From positions 207,390,001-207,454,000 of the forward strand of contig NC_135879.1 of the NCBI RefSeq assembly GCF_964194155.1: a DNA stretch of 64,000 nucleotides, written 5' to 3'. Below the pieces are notes generated by a model that made no database searches, was not told where the DNA came from, and saw nothing but the letters and a program-made list of their open reading frames with translations. The DNA is from Cetorhinus maximus. Taxonomy: Eukaryota. Numbering within the stretch: the first letter of the stretch is position 1; each line of letters opens with the position of its first letter. The translations under genes and the position numbers were made by a program. Of this stretch, positions 1 through 13,093 are shown piece by piece.

Positions 1-148
1 AGTTCGGCAGGCATGCAGTCGATTTGGCTGTGCACCCGCCGAACTGAAAATCTAAATGACGCGGGGTGACGTCGGGACGCACGCCCGATGTCACCCCGCA
101 TCGGCGAGCAGGCCCAACCCCCCGCTCGGCGACCAGAAGATGTAGCCC
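1..148. mobile_element. End of a CpG-rich Harbinger-type MITE, cut by the window edge
   Basis: Shares the GACGTCGGG / AAATGACGCG subterminal motifs of the ~700-bp MITEs and ends in a degenerate TIR (...GAAGATGTAGCCC). Confidence 0.75.
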
Positions 149-154
149 CAGGTC

Positions 155-826
155 TTGACCGATGTGGCTAGTGATGCTGATGCATTGGTTTTAATTTTTC
201 AAAATTCCCTAGATTCGGGGAATGTAGCTCCTTTATCCAAAAAGGGAGGGAGACAGAAAGCAGGAAACTACAGGCCAGTTAGCCTAACATCTATCATAGA
301 GAAAATGTTAGAAGCTATTATTAAAGATGTTATAGCAGGGCACTTAGGAAAATTCAAGTCAAGCAGGCAGAGTCAATATGGTTTTGTAAAAGTGGTATTA
401 TGTTTAACCAATTTATTGGAGTTCTTTGAAGGAGTCACATGTGATGTGGGTAAAGGGGAACTGGTGGGTGTACCGTTCTTAGATTTCCGGAGGGCATTTG
501 ATAAAGTGCTACATCAAAGGTTATTGTGGAAAATAAAAGCACATGGTGTAGGGGTGATATGGATAGAAGATTGGCTAGCTAACAGGAAGCAGAGAGTTGG
601 CATAAATGGGTCTTTTCCTGTTGGCAGAATGTGACAAGTGGTGTGCCACAGGGATCAGTGCTGGGGCCTCAAATTTTTACAATTTCTATAAATGAGTTGG
701 ATGAAGGGACCAAAGGAATGGATGCTAAATTTGCTGACAACACAAAGATAGGTAGGCAAATAAATTCTGAAGAGGACGTAAGGAGACCACAAAGTGACAT
801 AGAGTGTTCAAATGAGTGGGCAAAGA
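155..826 (+). mobile_element. CR1 LINE reverse transcriptase fragment (frameshifted)
   Basis: ORFs carry NYRPVSLTS, LDFRRAFDKV, SGVPQGSVLGP and KFADNTK. Confidence 0.9.
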
Positions 827-829
827 CAA

Positions 830-1621
830 GCCCCATTACCTATGCTTGACTGAGAGCCCAGACATCCATTATTTTTATTGAAACAGCTGTGCCCCAGAGT
901 AAACATTTTTTGATTGACAGCTCTTGTTCTCTGATCTCTGCAGTCAATTTCACAATGTTTATTTTCACAACATTATGTGGTTTCAATGGTTTGTGGTTTC
1001 TGTTATTGATACTTTAAAGAGTCTGGATGATTGACACTTTTATTGCCTTGTAGTGAAATGATTTTTTTAACATAGTGGAAAGTTATTAATGAATGAATGC
1101 TTTTTTTTACATATCCTACAGTCACTATATGGTGCATTGATTCCATATAGTGTATATTGGATCGATGGGCATGACAGTTCCATAGCTTGCCATAGGGGGC
1201 ATGAGGAGCCATGGGGGTGGTGGAGGGACATAGCTTAGCATTGGGGGCATGAGGGGCAATGGGCAGTGGGTGGGCAACTTATCTTGGCAGGGGGTCATGA
1301 GGGGGACCTTTGGAACTCACCTTTTAAATGGTCCCCTCTGGCAGATTAGGGTTCACAACTCCTCTGAAGTTCAGTGAACCACCACTCTTTAAAATGGCTC
1401 GACTCCATGAAAATTGTAGAAGAGTAGGGCACACCTATTTCTGCAATGGAGCTGGCCATGTTGGGAATATCGGGTGCAGGTTTTTGACAGAAACCAGCCT
1501 GCACCCTTTAAAAGCACCCCCTAAGACAGTGACGGAATGGGGTCGGGAATCCTGGAACCGGGACCCGCCTGCAACTTTTAAAGGGCTTCCAAGTCATCCT
1601 GACTCAATGAAAATTCAGGCT
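830..1621. mobile_element. Right part of a degenerate non-autonomous DNA element (related to 25940-27393)
   Basis: GGGGCATG-rich low-complexity block and terminus TGAAAATTCAGGC, shared with 27380-27393. Confidence 0.5.
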
Positions 1622-2489
1622 AATGAATCTCAATAGGTATCTGTCATTGATGGTACAGAAATATTATATAGGACAGTAGCAATGCTGACCTGTGGAGTGA
1701 ACTTCAATAAATTTCCTACACTCATCCTAGCTAATGTAATTCAGCCTGACAGAATATAATCATTTTGGAAAAATGGGAGGGGGTGGTGGGGGGAGCATGA
1801 AAGGCTATTTTAAATAATGTTAATACATATGTCAGACAAAACAAACATGAGATTTGAAGGCCGTGTCTATAGTGTAAAATATATAAATCATTTCACTCAT
1901 TATTTACATTCTTCTTAAACACAGAAACGTTAATGGAAAACATTTCCTCTCAAACATTCCCTCTGACTCTTTAATTCGAATAGCTACACCATGCCCCATT
2001 ACATCCTCAGGCCTAACAGCTAGGTCTGCTTTAATACTTGTTGAAGAGGTTGGCAGCTGCTAGGAGGGGCAGGCAACAATTCATTGACAGAAGCTGCCGT
2101 GCAGAAATCAAATTATGAACAAACTGGGTCTGTGATGTGAATCTAATCGGTCTGCATCAGTGGGATAATTCATGCAGAAATTTTAGATAACGCTATTAAT
2201 GTAGCGACATACTGCCAAAAGAAACTGAGCTAAAAATTCAGAAAGTGCAAATCTTTGGGTGCGGTGAGTCAAAATTCCTAAACTTGGTGCTCTCTCGTTA
2301 TCATGATTGTAGAGTAGGGCCAAGCGGGTTCCTCACTGATGGTTTCCTCTTCAAGCTGCCGGTTGCCCCTGCGCTCAGCAGGGGGCCAAGCAACATTGTG
2401 TTGAGAGTACGTGGTGCAGCCAGCCTGGCCTTCCTAAAGATTGTCTGTCCCTCTTAAAGAGAAGTTGCACTGAATAATGTTACCAAAAT

Positions 2490-4450
2490 TTAAAACATGG
2501 GAAATAGAACAGCAGGGCAGAGAGAGCGAGTTCCAGGCTGACAGATGTGACATTTGGAAGCAGTAGTGATGGAGGTTGGTAGGAAGACATGTATCCATTA
2601 TTCTGCAAGGGGCGAGGTGGCCCTCAAGAATCATCCTGAGAAGGATATTGGGAGCAGGTGGCCAGACAGGTCAACTTCCAGAGTCTGACGCTGAGAACCT
2701 TGCAGCAGTATCACAAGATAACTCTATTGGACAATTATCTGAAAAGATTTCTAGGACTTTGTGGAAAACACAGGGAAGTGGCGTTAGCTGAGTTGTTCTC
2801 ATAGGGAGTCAGCATAGACATAATAGGCCAAACGGCTTTCTTCTGTATTGTAAGTCTAATGACCTTGCGCAGGTGGTTAAGGTCAGTATAAGTACATCCT
2901 CACATGAAATCTCCTATCCATCACATCACCAACCTCCCGCACTGCTCCATGAACTATATCCCCAGTACTCCTCTTGGGTCCCGGCACTTGGGATTCACTC
3001 CTACCACCTGGATACTCCACCTCACCCTCATACATCTACCAATGCCGCCAGCCTCACATCCACCTCTCACTCCCTCCACCTGCCTCCAGCTATTCAGCTG
3101 TGGCATGTGCCTTACCCTAACACAGTTCAACACAACTATTAACATTCTGCCCTCTCTCTTGCAAAACAAAGTAGCGCACAATAGATGGGAGCAAAGCAGA
3201 ACAGGCAGGAGACAAAGACACCTAAGCATTAGAGAGGAGATGGCTCGTACCATAATGGGTATTTCAATGGAGTCCATGGTGTCCCGCGTCTCTGAGAACA
3301 TCGAGAGTGGCGGTGTGCTCCTGCCTTGTGCACCTTTGTAACTCCCAGCACACACTTATCCTACCATCTGGCATGATGAGCAAGCTGTTGATGATGTAAC
3401 CATGGACCTCTTGCTTCCCACCCCCACCCCTCCTCCCTCAGACCAACCCTTCCCTTCTGAGTCCCTGCTTTCAGACACCCAAATCTTGTCATATGCCCAG
3501 CCTCAAGGAGGGAGAGGGATAGCAAGAAGCACAGTACTGATGAAGAGGACCCACCACTTGATCTGACACTCACAGCTACCAACTCAGATACTGGCACTCC
3601 ACATACCTTGGAGATCAATATACACATGGTGAGTCATCTTGGCACAAATGGGCTGCAGCCAAACTAGGAGTAAAGGGTAGTTTGTTTGCTAGCTCATTGG
3701 AGGAGGAGGTTGCAGATGAATTCTGTTGCAGAAGACCGATGAGAACCTTAATGGGGCATCTTATAGAAGATGCTGATGACGATACATACTGAGATACTGG
3801 GCCTAGTGAAGGACCTGCCATACAGCCTCCTGTCACTGCCGAGGAGCATGAAGATGTTAGGCTCCACGCTGGCAGAGGGCATCGTGCAGAAGTTGCAGTC
3901 CCTGCAGCCTTTGCTCCATCTTCCTGTTGCACTGTAGACCCAGGAGCGCTGCAGCTGCAACTGTTGCAGCCTTTGTGTGGAGACATTATCTCTCCCTGTA
4001 AAAATGCTGCAACACTTTCTGGCAAATTTAGGAACTCACCACAACACCTCCAAATACACTCCACAGTACTTCCAGACACGTTGCAATGTTTTGAAAGTTA
4101 AGTGCCTGGTCCTTTAAATGACCTTCATGCTGGACAGCTCTTGCAGGTCAGCACTTATTATTTGCAGTGTGATGCCTGAATTAGTGGACTGGACCTGTGT
4201 GGTCCAAATTAGATATCCTGGCGCAGTAACAGCTAGTTGGGCTGTGTGCTGCCAGGATAGCACTCCTTCAGAGGTGCTTGACGCACACTGGGAATGCCCA
4301 TGGCTGCCCTTCTCAAGAGGGCACATCATACAGGCTATCCCAGAAGCATCTGACAGTGCAGTGTGCCCCAGCAAAATGGTGCTTGGGTTCCATAGTGTGG
4401 CTGAGATGAAATTAGTGCCCAGTATGTTTACCTGTAATGCCTCTTTAATA
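2490..4450 (+). mobile_element. Decayed Harbinger remnant with a Myb/SANT-like pseudogene, interrupted by a short CR1 3' piece (~2730-2860)
   Basis: Frameshifted ...ARWPSRIILRR.WEQVARQVN...TLQQYHK...NDL, then NKVAHNRWEQSRTG. The architecture parallels the element at 39861. Confidence 0.55.
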
Positions 4451-5789
4451 CAGGGCACCCACATTATGTCACATGGCAAAACCAGTGTGTTGGGGAATGA
4501 TAAATCTGTGGGTTAGTACGGTATGAGTACAGGAAAAATTTAATAGGCATATAACGTAAGCACTATTGACTGTGAAGCAATGTGCATGAGTGAGCTGAAG
4601 AAATCAATATGTCACAGGATGAGCCACATGCTCTTGTTTAGACCCACAACTGTGTAGATAAAGAGAAAAAAACCTTAACTGCAGTTATGTTTCACTGGTG
4701 AGAAGATATCAGTGGTTTGTGCATATCACATAATACAAGATGATCGCTGTACAGGTTTCATTCCTCATTTGTGCAAAATATATTCCAATATGATTTCACA
4801 TACATGGCACCTACTGAACTAATCTCTGTACCATAGTGCGAGAACACAAGGTTAAAAACAGGGTAACTTCCAAATCTGAGGCATTGCTAACAGTTATTAG
4901 TGCTTATAAGCAGAGTTAGTGCTACAGAGTATTGAAACCCATCTCTGGCCCAAACTCTTTGTATGTAGATCCCCATTGGGAGTATTAAATTTAGTCTCAG
5001 ATGTCAATTGAAAAAGTCGCACTCAGCCATTCCATACATAGTGAAATTCTTTCAAAAGCATTTATCCTTTTTCTTAATAGGTTTGCACTGGACCCACCAA
5101 AAGATTCCAAACATTTTGATTCAAATCAACATGTTACAAATATCACCTAATTCAATATTAGCAAGAGAACCACAACTGGTAACAGTTTGCTGGGTTATAG
5201 AGGCCAGTTCGTCAGGGCTTTTAAAAAGGAACTCAAGCAGTGATAAAAATGGTTACAGGAATTAAGATTAAATTCAGTTTAGTTCTGTTCATCCTTCTGA
5301 ATATTGGATTTAATAACGTATACAAAAAATATTATTAGAAAGAAAACTGAGTCGAAGGTGGTATTAAGCCCTGCAGCATAAGAAACCTGAATATGTGCAA
5401 AGATGCAGCCTTTGGCACAGGTTGCTTCAGATATGGCACCATTCCAATGAGTGTATATACATTCATTCAGCCTTCTCACATTGTTGCTTTCAGCAACTCA
5501 CAAGTTAGTTCCCCAAATGCATAAAGATCAAAAGGGAAGACAGAAACAAAAATGGCATCAAAATTTAAAGCTAACTTGAGAGTTTCTATTTCAAAAGACT
5601 AATGAGGAACAGAACTGACAAAATACTTGCTTTCCAGATCGTTCTCTTGTCATCTGCCCTGCAGCCTATTTATGTGATTCATTTACCTGTCCTGGCTATT
5701 CATTCAACTGTACACAGAGGTACATGGGGCTCATAGGAGCTGTTAGAATTATGAAAGGAGTGCTGCTGTCAAAAAAAAACTAACATTTC

Positions 5790-7371
5790 CAGTTTCCCCT
5801 GCTTGACAGGGAAATGCCACGTTTCAGAAAAGCTCAGCAGCACCTGTGTTTTCAGGCTGCTACACCCAGAGGAACCCTGGGAAGGCTGCTCCCCCTATCC
5901 CCCACCACCATCTGGTTTCAGTCTTGCCAGGAGGTCCTGCTGTGGGATCTGAGGGGCTGCAGTGAGGTGAGCTCTCCCAAGGACAGAAGGAAGAGGACAA
6001 CCTCTCCAGCCAAGCCGACGTGAACGGAAGTTGCTGAGGAAATCAGCAGTAATCCAGCCTCCAACCTTGAGACAGTGCACCAAGAGGATTCAGGACCTCA
6101 GGAGGGAATGACAGGTGAGTGGCATAAACACTTTCAGGTGCCGAGCCCCACACTCTGACCTGCCCAGCATTCTCCTGCACAGCATGCCTCAGGTCAACAT
6201 ATCTTGTAGTTCCATTCATTCCTCTTCCTGCAGGCGCCTCCTCATATTGCTATCTGAACAGCTAACACTCACACTTGCATTCAGCTTATTCCCCTCTTGC
6301 GCCCATGCCTCACAGTGACCTTCCACAAATGGTGTTCTTCCCTCCTCTGTACACAATCCATTATGAACACTCACACTTCTCTGCTTTCTCTCTTTCCAGA
6401 AGAGAGAACACAACTCGGTGAGAGTCAGAATCACTGGAGAATCCCTGGGGAGAGGGTCTCCAGTGACAGACACCTTGTTGGCCAAAGGCAATGCATGCAC
6501 ACCTGGCCTACTGGGAGGGAGGTCTTGCCCCACAAAGATGCTAATTCAGCAGTGACCTGCCCTGAGAGGCTGAGTCACTGGTGCTCACACATGTCAAGAA
6601 AGTTGACCTGTAGACTTGTAGACCCTGTGTGGGGAGGGGGTCTCACCTCCTTCCAGCTGGATCTATATGTCCATCCTATCTACCCTGTGGAGGAACGTAC
6701 TGCAGAGGAGAAGTCACCTGGTGCTACTGCTAGTGTTGGTCCCGCTGCTGGTGGTACTGTTGAGGATGGTATGGCTTCTGCTCCTGCCCCTCAGCATGGT
6801 GGAAGGTGTAGCATCAGCATAAGCTGCTCCCATGCATGATGAAAGCTGGAAGCAGGGAAGTGCAACTGAAGGTGAATGAAGCGCTAGATAGGTGACGTGC
6901 CTTCCAACAAGTTGGCAATCACCTGTCAAGCAGTGATAGTGCTTTCTGAGAGAAGGAGTGCTTTGAACAGCTGTCTCTCGCCTGGCCACATCTGCTGCTC
7001 CAGTGAACTGAGCAAGGCCTTCTCAATTTCTCAGGTTCACTGAGGAAGTCCTTCCCATCGTGCTCTCACCTTGTCCAAGCTGCTAGGTTGGCGACACAGC
7101 ATGGGACTGCTCAGCCGCTGGGAAAGAGGGAATCCATGTGCCAAATTGTTCCTAGTTGCCTTCTTAAGTACTTCAGTTGGCTTCCCTCCTCAGCCACTGG
7201 GATTCCCCACTGCACCTCCAACCCGCACTTGGGAAAGCCAGAAGGGGACTGGATCACATCAGTGCCCTGACCTGACACCACTTTCCACAATTTCACTCCC
7301 CCAAAACCACAATGCCCCTCCCCCACTCTCCCTCACCCCTCCACCTTCACTGGCTTTGGAAAATTCCACCC
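5790..7371. mobile_element. Decayed Harbinger derivative (Myb/SANT-like remnant on +, transposase N-terminal remnant on -)
   Basis: + strand: EVLLWDLRG..KDRRKR..*TEVAEEIS..RQCTKRIQDL. - strand near 6560-6635: PHRVYK..VNFLDMCEHQ. Terminus GGAAAATTCCACCC at 7371. Confidence 0.55.
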
Positions 7372-7399
7372 ATTATTTCTAATGAGTTCTACCCAATTT

Positions 7400-8358
7400 G
7401 GGTGCCAGTCCTACTCCTGCTCCTTTGTTTCTATGTTTCCACGGTACAGTTTACTTTCAGAAGATGAAAATTACATTTTACTTTTAAAAACATGGCTGCT
7501 TTTGATTTTTAACATGTTGTAAATACTCTACACAGACAAGCTGCCAGCACATGCGATTGAGGATTCAAAGCCTATCACAGTGTGAAACTCAATATTAACT
7601 ATGCTTTGTGTACAATGGTTGTCACATAGCGCTCTTTGAACAGGATGTCTCACAGTTGCAACAAATTAACACCACGTTGAATAGTAACACTTTGAAATAA
7701 TTTTTTGTTGCATTATTAATACTTGCTCTCATTACGTAGACAATATAAACCAGGCTGCAATCAATTTTACCACCTTCTTGACTCTGGGGGAACGGGTGGA
7801 AGCTGAAGCCTTTTGTCAGCAAAAGTTTGGGGGGGGGGGGAACAAAAAAAAACTAAGATTATACTTCAAAAGAAAGTACTACATCAAAGAAAGGATAGAT
7901 CTCTTCAGAGAGAGCCAAACATTCAATTAAGGTTGCAAATGTTCTTCCGCGGACACTTTCTCAAATGCTTCATTTAAGTGTAAATGTTGCTTTCATCTTT
8001 GTAATGGATGACCTACTTTTCTATGAGAGAAATCAAATTTCTTTTACTTTTCATGTAGCCATTCGGCAGCATCAGTATTTGGCTGGAAGCAGCTGAGTGC
8101 TGTTAATTTGGCTGGGGGCAAATAGGCCACTGTACTGAGGTATACATCCCACAAGTCAAATTTTCCAACTAGGATATATCATCTTGGAGACACTTTCTGC
8201 AACACCCAAGCAGTCCCTTCTACAACAATATCCTGCAGTGACTACTAAAGATGGCCAAGAGAAAATTCAAACAACAAAAAAAAATGAGATAGGAAAATAA
8301 ACTTTTGGAGAAACCATTTACACATGCAAAAATTCTTCAGCTGTCATGAAGTTATTTT
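7400..8358 (-). other. RAB27B: Proximal RAB27B 3'UTR (distal end undetermined)
   Basis: AT-rich sequence directly after the stop codon with no recognisable TE. No clear AATAAA was found. Confidence 0.55.
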
Positions 8359-8548
8359 CTAGCAGGCACACTTCTTCTCGTTTGGGTTGGCAGTTTCGAG
8401 TTTTTGGGCAGATCCTCCATTGACTGAATCAGGTATTTGACTCTTGTCGACACACTGCTCCATGCGTTTCATTATTAAGTCCAGCAATGCAATTATAGCT
8501 TCATCAATGCCCTCTCCGGTGGCCGCACTTGATTCAAAGTACGGAATC
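8359..8548 (-). CDS. RAB27B: RAB27B coding exon 5 (190 nt including TAG)
   Basis: cccag|G ATT CCG TAC..., giving [62 protein letters not shown]. Ends in a CXC geranylgeranylation motif. Confidence 0.97.
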
Positions 8549-9595
8549 CTGGGGGGAGGGAAAGAACAGGAGGTATTTTTCCATTTTCTGTGAAAGGAAA
8601 CTGAGTGCTCACAAGGGTTCAATGTAAACATTTCTTCTTTCCCCAGTAGCATCTATCGTCTAAAGATTGAATGGGGAGCCGTGGCGCAGATCAGAATGAT
8701 GATTGTATTAGTGCCCATTGTTAAAAATCATGTACAAGCAATGTTCCCACTAAGCTGCACAGGTATGTGGTTGTGCAGTGACCTAAATGGTAACATGCAA
8801 ACATTGCTCTGTGATAAATAATGCGTGTGTGCAGCTGCACAAAAATATATTCTGGATAAAACAGACCAAGCAGACCAACTAAATTTTAAGGGGAACATTG
8901 TATGCAACACATTATGATTTTCTTTTGTTTTAAATTTTTTAGCCCCTTGTTCACTCTTTTAATGTGCCCACTCACCACCCTATCCCCTCTCCCTCCCAAC
9001 CAGCTGCACACCTTCTGATTTTGAAGCCAAGTGTTCTGCTTTTAAGCCTCTGAACAGGTCACAAAATACTTCTCTCTTAGAAATTGTTGGAGAAACCTCC
9101 GGGTTAATAACAGGGGTTAAGAGGATCAGGGCCAACAGAGGACCAAACAGGTACATTTTTAATGCCCTCCTTACAGGGTTAGGAGGAGCAGGAGTGCTCC
9201 ACAATGAAAGTTTAGGACTTCTCTGCCGCTGATTCCATCCATGACCACCACTTTCCAGACCATAAGCCCCTCAACAGAAAGCTCTGGGAGCCAATCTAGC
9301 CACCTAGTTCATTGTGTCGGCAATTACACTGCATGTGATTTTTTTTTTACAGCTTCCCACCCCACCAGAACAAGTGGGAAGTCTGCCAGCAGGATTTAAA
9401 TGTGGCCCCGGAGTGAAACTAGCTCAATCCTGCTTTCTGCAACAACTGTTGAGTTTCTAACTCACGCCTAAAATCCTAAAATCCGCCCAGAGTTAAAGTC
9501 AAGGCCTATCTTGATTTGCCAATTTTCAAAAGCTACTCTGACTGGTCAGTTAGAGAAGACAGATATTTATTTATTTGTGAGTAAATAGACATAAT

Positions 9596-9890
9596 TCTGA
9601 AACAAAAACAGAAAATGCTGGGAAAGCTCAGCAGGTCTGACAGCATGTGTGGAGAGAAAGACAGTGTTAACATTTCGAGTCCATGTTACTTCTTCAGAGC
9701 TAAAGAGAAGTAAAAATGTGATGGAGTTTATACTATTTAAGGGGGGTGGAGCAGGTGAAGCTGGATAGAAGGCCAGCAATATGTGAGGGCTAAGGAGAGA
9801 TTGACAAAGATATCATGAACAAAAGGACAAAGGAATGTTAATGGTAATGGTACTGGCTAAAGGAGGTGCTGATGGTGGCATTATGGCACA
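9596..9890 (-). mobile_element. Penelope-like pseudo-LTR fragment with a hammerhead core, in the last RAB27B intron
   Basis: Homologous to 48049-48380. The minus strand reads CTGAAGA-AGTAACATGGACTC-GAAA-TGTT. Confidence 0.75.
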
Positions 9891-9944
9891 CATAATTCTA
9901 ATTTATTGATGGAAGTGATATAAGTTACGTGAGTAAGCATTTAC

Positions 9945-10068
9945 CCATATTTGTCTGCCAGTTCCTTGGCTTGAAGCTCCTGTACCTCCCTCTGATCAGC
10001 CAAATCCGCTTTGTTTCCAATTAAAACCACATCAGGATTTTCACAATATGCATTTGCTTGAAGCTGGC
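9945..10068 (-). CDS. RAB27B: RAB27B coding exon 4 (124 nt; absent from the ORF track)
   Basis: ttcag|GC CAG CTT CAA GCA AAT...GAC AAA TAT GG|gtaaat, giving [40 protein letters not shown](G). Confidence 0.97.
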
Positions 10069-10185
10069 CTGAATGAAACAAATAGTAAACAAACATTTAG
10101 TACCTCAAGCAGACTGGAGGTGGCAGCAAAGAGCCCAAACTGCTACAAACCAGGGAATTCAAACTAACAAGGAAATCAAATCTAT

Positions 10186-10303
10186 GGCCGGAATTTTACA
10201 GCCCTGCTGCCGCGGGAACGGGACCGTAAAATGCAGCGAGCCATCCCAAACTCCATTGACTTCTGCAGGACCGTAAAATCCAACTTGTCATAAAATTCCA
10301 CCC
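10186..10303. mobile_element. 118-bp Harbinger-type MITE
   Basis: TIR GGCCGGAATTTTA / TAAAATTCCACCC; 3-bp TSD TAT on both sides. Confidence 0.75.
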
Positions 10304-10949
10304 TATGAATCAAACCTGGACACAGAGAAGTCGAGCGCCAGTGAGGGATGCTTTGTGTGTGGGGATTGAACTAAATTCAGACAATGAGGAATTACTGCAC
10401 CAAAATGTAGGTCATCAAACTTTCATCTTCATCATTTATACCTCCACTAATAAATGAACCAAATGATACCAGTTGTCCTTCTGGGGACAGTCCCTAAATG
10501 AGGTACTGTGTCCCCAGGGAAACAATGCCCCAGAGGAGTCCTCGTCCTGGTACATGAAACTCATTCCTGAATACCCTAACTTTTAACTTCTCCTGTTGGA
10601 ATATGTTTCGTGTATAAGTGAGGTACAGCACTATGTAGTGTAAAGCTGCCTTTAATAATGATGTCTGCTAAACATCTAAATAATGATTAATGCATTAGAG
10701 AGAAATAGCCAGAACATTTCTATTAATGTTATGATTACGATTAATGGTAACATAGATAGTACAGCACTGTTGCAGTTGCCATAGCTACAACACTGATTGA
10801 ATAGCACATGATGTAGAACACACACAAGATTTGAGATTTGATGAAAAGGGAGCTGTCAAAAAATGTAATTGCTGCCTTAATTTCTGACTTCTAAAGGATT
10901 TTCCATGTTTATGACCAACCAGAGAGGAAACTTCGGTGTGATGTTCAAT

Positions 10950-11780
10950 CTCAGCATCCTTGGGGTTACCATTGACGAGAAACTAAACTGGACCAGCTAT
11001 ATAAATACTGTGGCTACAAGAGTAGGTCAGAGGCTAGGAATTATGAACGTACAAACATATGAAAGAGGAGCAGAAGTAGGCCATTTGGTCCCTCGAGGCT
11101 GCTCCTCCATTTAATAAGATCATGGCTGATCTGTTTGTGTTTCAAGTTCCACATTCCCATCTACCCCCGATAACCTTTGATTCCCTTGGCTAACAAGAAT
11201 CTATCAACCTCTGTAGCGATTAACTCACCTCCTGACTCCCCAGAGCCTGTCCACTATCTACAAGGCACAAGTCAGGAGTGTGATGGAATACTCTACCCTT
11301 GCCTGGATGAGTGCAGCTCCAACAACACTCAAGAAACTCAACACCATTCTGGACAAAGCAGCCCCCTTGATTGGAACCCCATCCATCAACTTAAACATTC
11401 ACTCCCTCCACCACCAACGCACAGTAGCAGTAGTGTGCACCATTTACAAGATGCGCTGCAGCAACTCACCAAGACTCCTTCGACAGCATCTTCCAAACCT
11501 GTGACCTCTACAACTTAGATGGACAAGACACATGGGAACACCACCACGTGCAAGTTTCCTTCCAAGCCACACATCCTGACTTGGAAATATATCACTGTTC
11601 CTTCACTGTCTCTGGATCAAAATCCTGGAACTCCCTCCCTAACAGCACTGTGGGTGTACCTGCACCACATGGACTGCAATGGTTCTAAGGCAGCTCACCG
11701 TCACCTTCTCAAGGGCAATTAGGGATGGGAAACAAATGCTGGCCCAGCCAGTGACCCTCTTCCCATGAACAAAAAAAAAC
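10950..11780 (+). mobile_element. LINE-B 3' end with a nested antisense CR1 3' tail (~11041-11210)
   Basis: MEYSTLAWMSAAPTTLKKL...SLHHQRTVA, followed by the conserved 3'UTR ...GGGCAATTAGGGATGG...CCCATGAAC and an A-tail. Confidence 0.85.
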
Positions 11781-11962
11781 AGTCAACATTTTCTATCTCG
11801 AGTAGAAGCAGGGCATCTACGAGAAAGTACGAAACTAGCATTAAACAAAAAGCTGCCCTTACAGCAGTTGAAGATCAGTTACAAATGTTTTCTTGCAAAG
11901 TTGAGTCAGCCCAGATTAGCAGGCCATATAGACAATGAGTACAAAAAACTGTCATTCCTGAA

Positions 11963-13085
11963 TAGTCATAGAGTCATAGAGGTCTACAGCACAGAAAAAG
12001 GCCCTTCGGCCCATCCAGTCTGCGCCGGTCAAACAAGTACCTAACTATTCTAATCCCCTTTTCCAGCACCAGGCCCATAGCCTTGTATGCCATGGCATCG
12101 CAAGTGCACATCCAAATACTTCTGAAATGTTATGAGGGTTTCTGCCTCTACCACCCTTTCAGGCAGTGAGTTCCAGATTACCACCACCCTCTGGGTGAAA
12201 AAATTCTTCCTCACATCCCCTCTAAACCTCCTGCCCCTTACCTTCAATCTATGCCCCCTGGTTATTGATCTCTCCACCAAGTGGAAAGGTTCCTTCCGTC
12301 TACCCTATCTATGCCCCTCATAATTTTATACACCTCAATCATGTCCCCCCTCAATCTCCTCTGCTCCAGTCTTTCCAATCTCTCCTCAAAACTAAAATTC
12401 TCCAGCCCAGACAACATCCTGGTAAATTTCCTCTGCACTCTCTCTAGTGCAATCACACCCTTCCTACAATGCGGATTACAGAACTGCACGCAATACTCCA
12501 GCTGTGGCCTAACCAGCGTTTTATACAGTTCCAGCATAACCTCCCTGCTCTTATATTCTATGCCTCGGCTAACAAAGGAAAGTATCCCATATGCCTTCTT
12601 AACTATCTTATCTACCTGTCCCACTACCTTAAGGGACCGGTGGACATGCACACCAAGGTCCCTCTGATCCTTGGTACTTCCCAAGGTCCTACCATTCATG
12701 GTGTATTCCTGTGCCTTGTTTGTCCTGCCCCAGTGCATCACCTCACACTTATCCGGATTAAATTCCATTTGCCACTGATCAGCCCATCTGACCAGCACGT
12801 CTATATCCTCCTGTAATCAAAGGCTATCCTCCTCACTATTTACCACCCCAATTTTCGTGTAATCTGCGAATTTACTGATAATTCAATTCCTATGTTCAAG
12901 TCTAAATAGTTTATATAAAAATATATATATATACAAAGAGCAAGGGACCCAACACCAATCTCTGTGGAACCCCACTGGACACAGGCATCCAGTCACAAAA
13001 ACACCCATCAACCATCACCCTCTGCTTCCTGCCACTCAGCCAATTCTGGATCCAATTTGCCAAATTACCTTCCATCCCTTGGGAT
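11963..13085 (-). mobile_element. 5'-truncated CR1 LINE
   Basis: ORFs carry WQMEFNPDKCEVMH, LYKTLVRPQLEYCVQF and TRGHRLKV. Short tandem-repeat tail (TCTATGAC)n at 11963-11980. Confidence 0.92.
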
Positions 13086-13093
13086 CTTACCTT

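Noticed and set aside
1-7400. Exons of CCDC68, the tail-to-tail neighbour of RAB27B in mammals
   Set aside because: Acceptor-like sites at ~5080 and ~5637 give no recognisable coiled-coil peptide, so there is no support.
8549-8652. ORF-track N-terminal extension (MLLGKEEM...) of the last RAB27B exon
   Set aside because: This is intronic read-through. The true exon starts at the AG acceptor before 8548.
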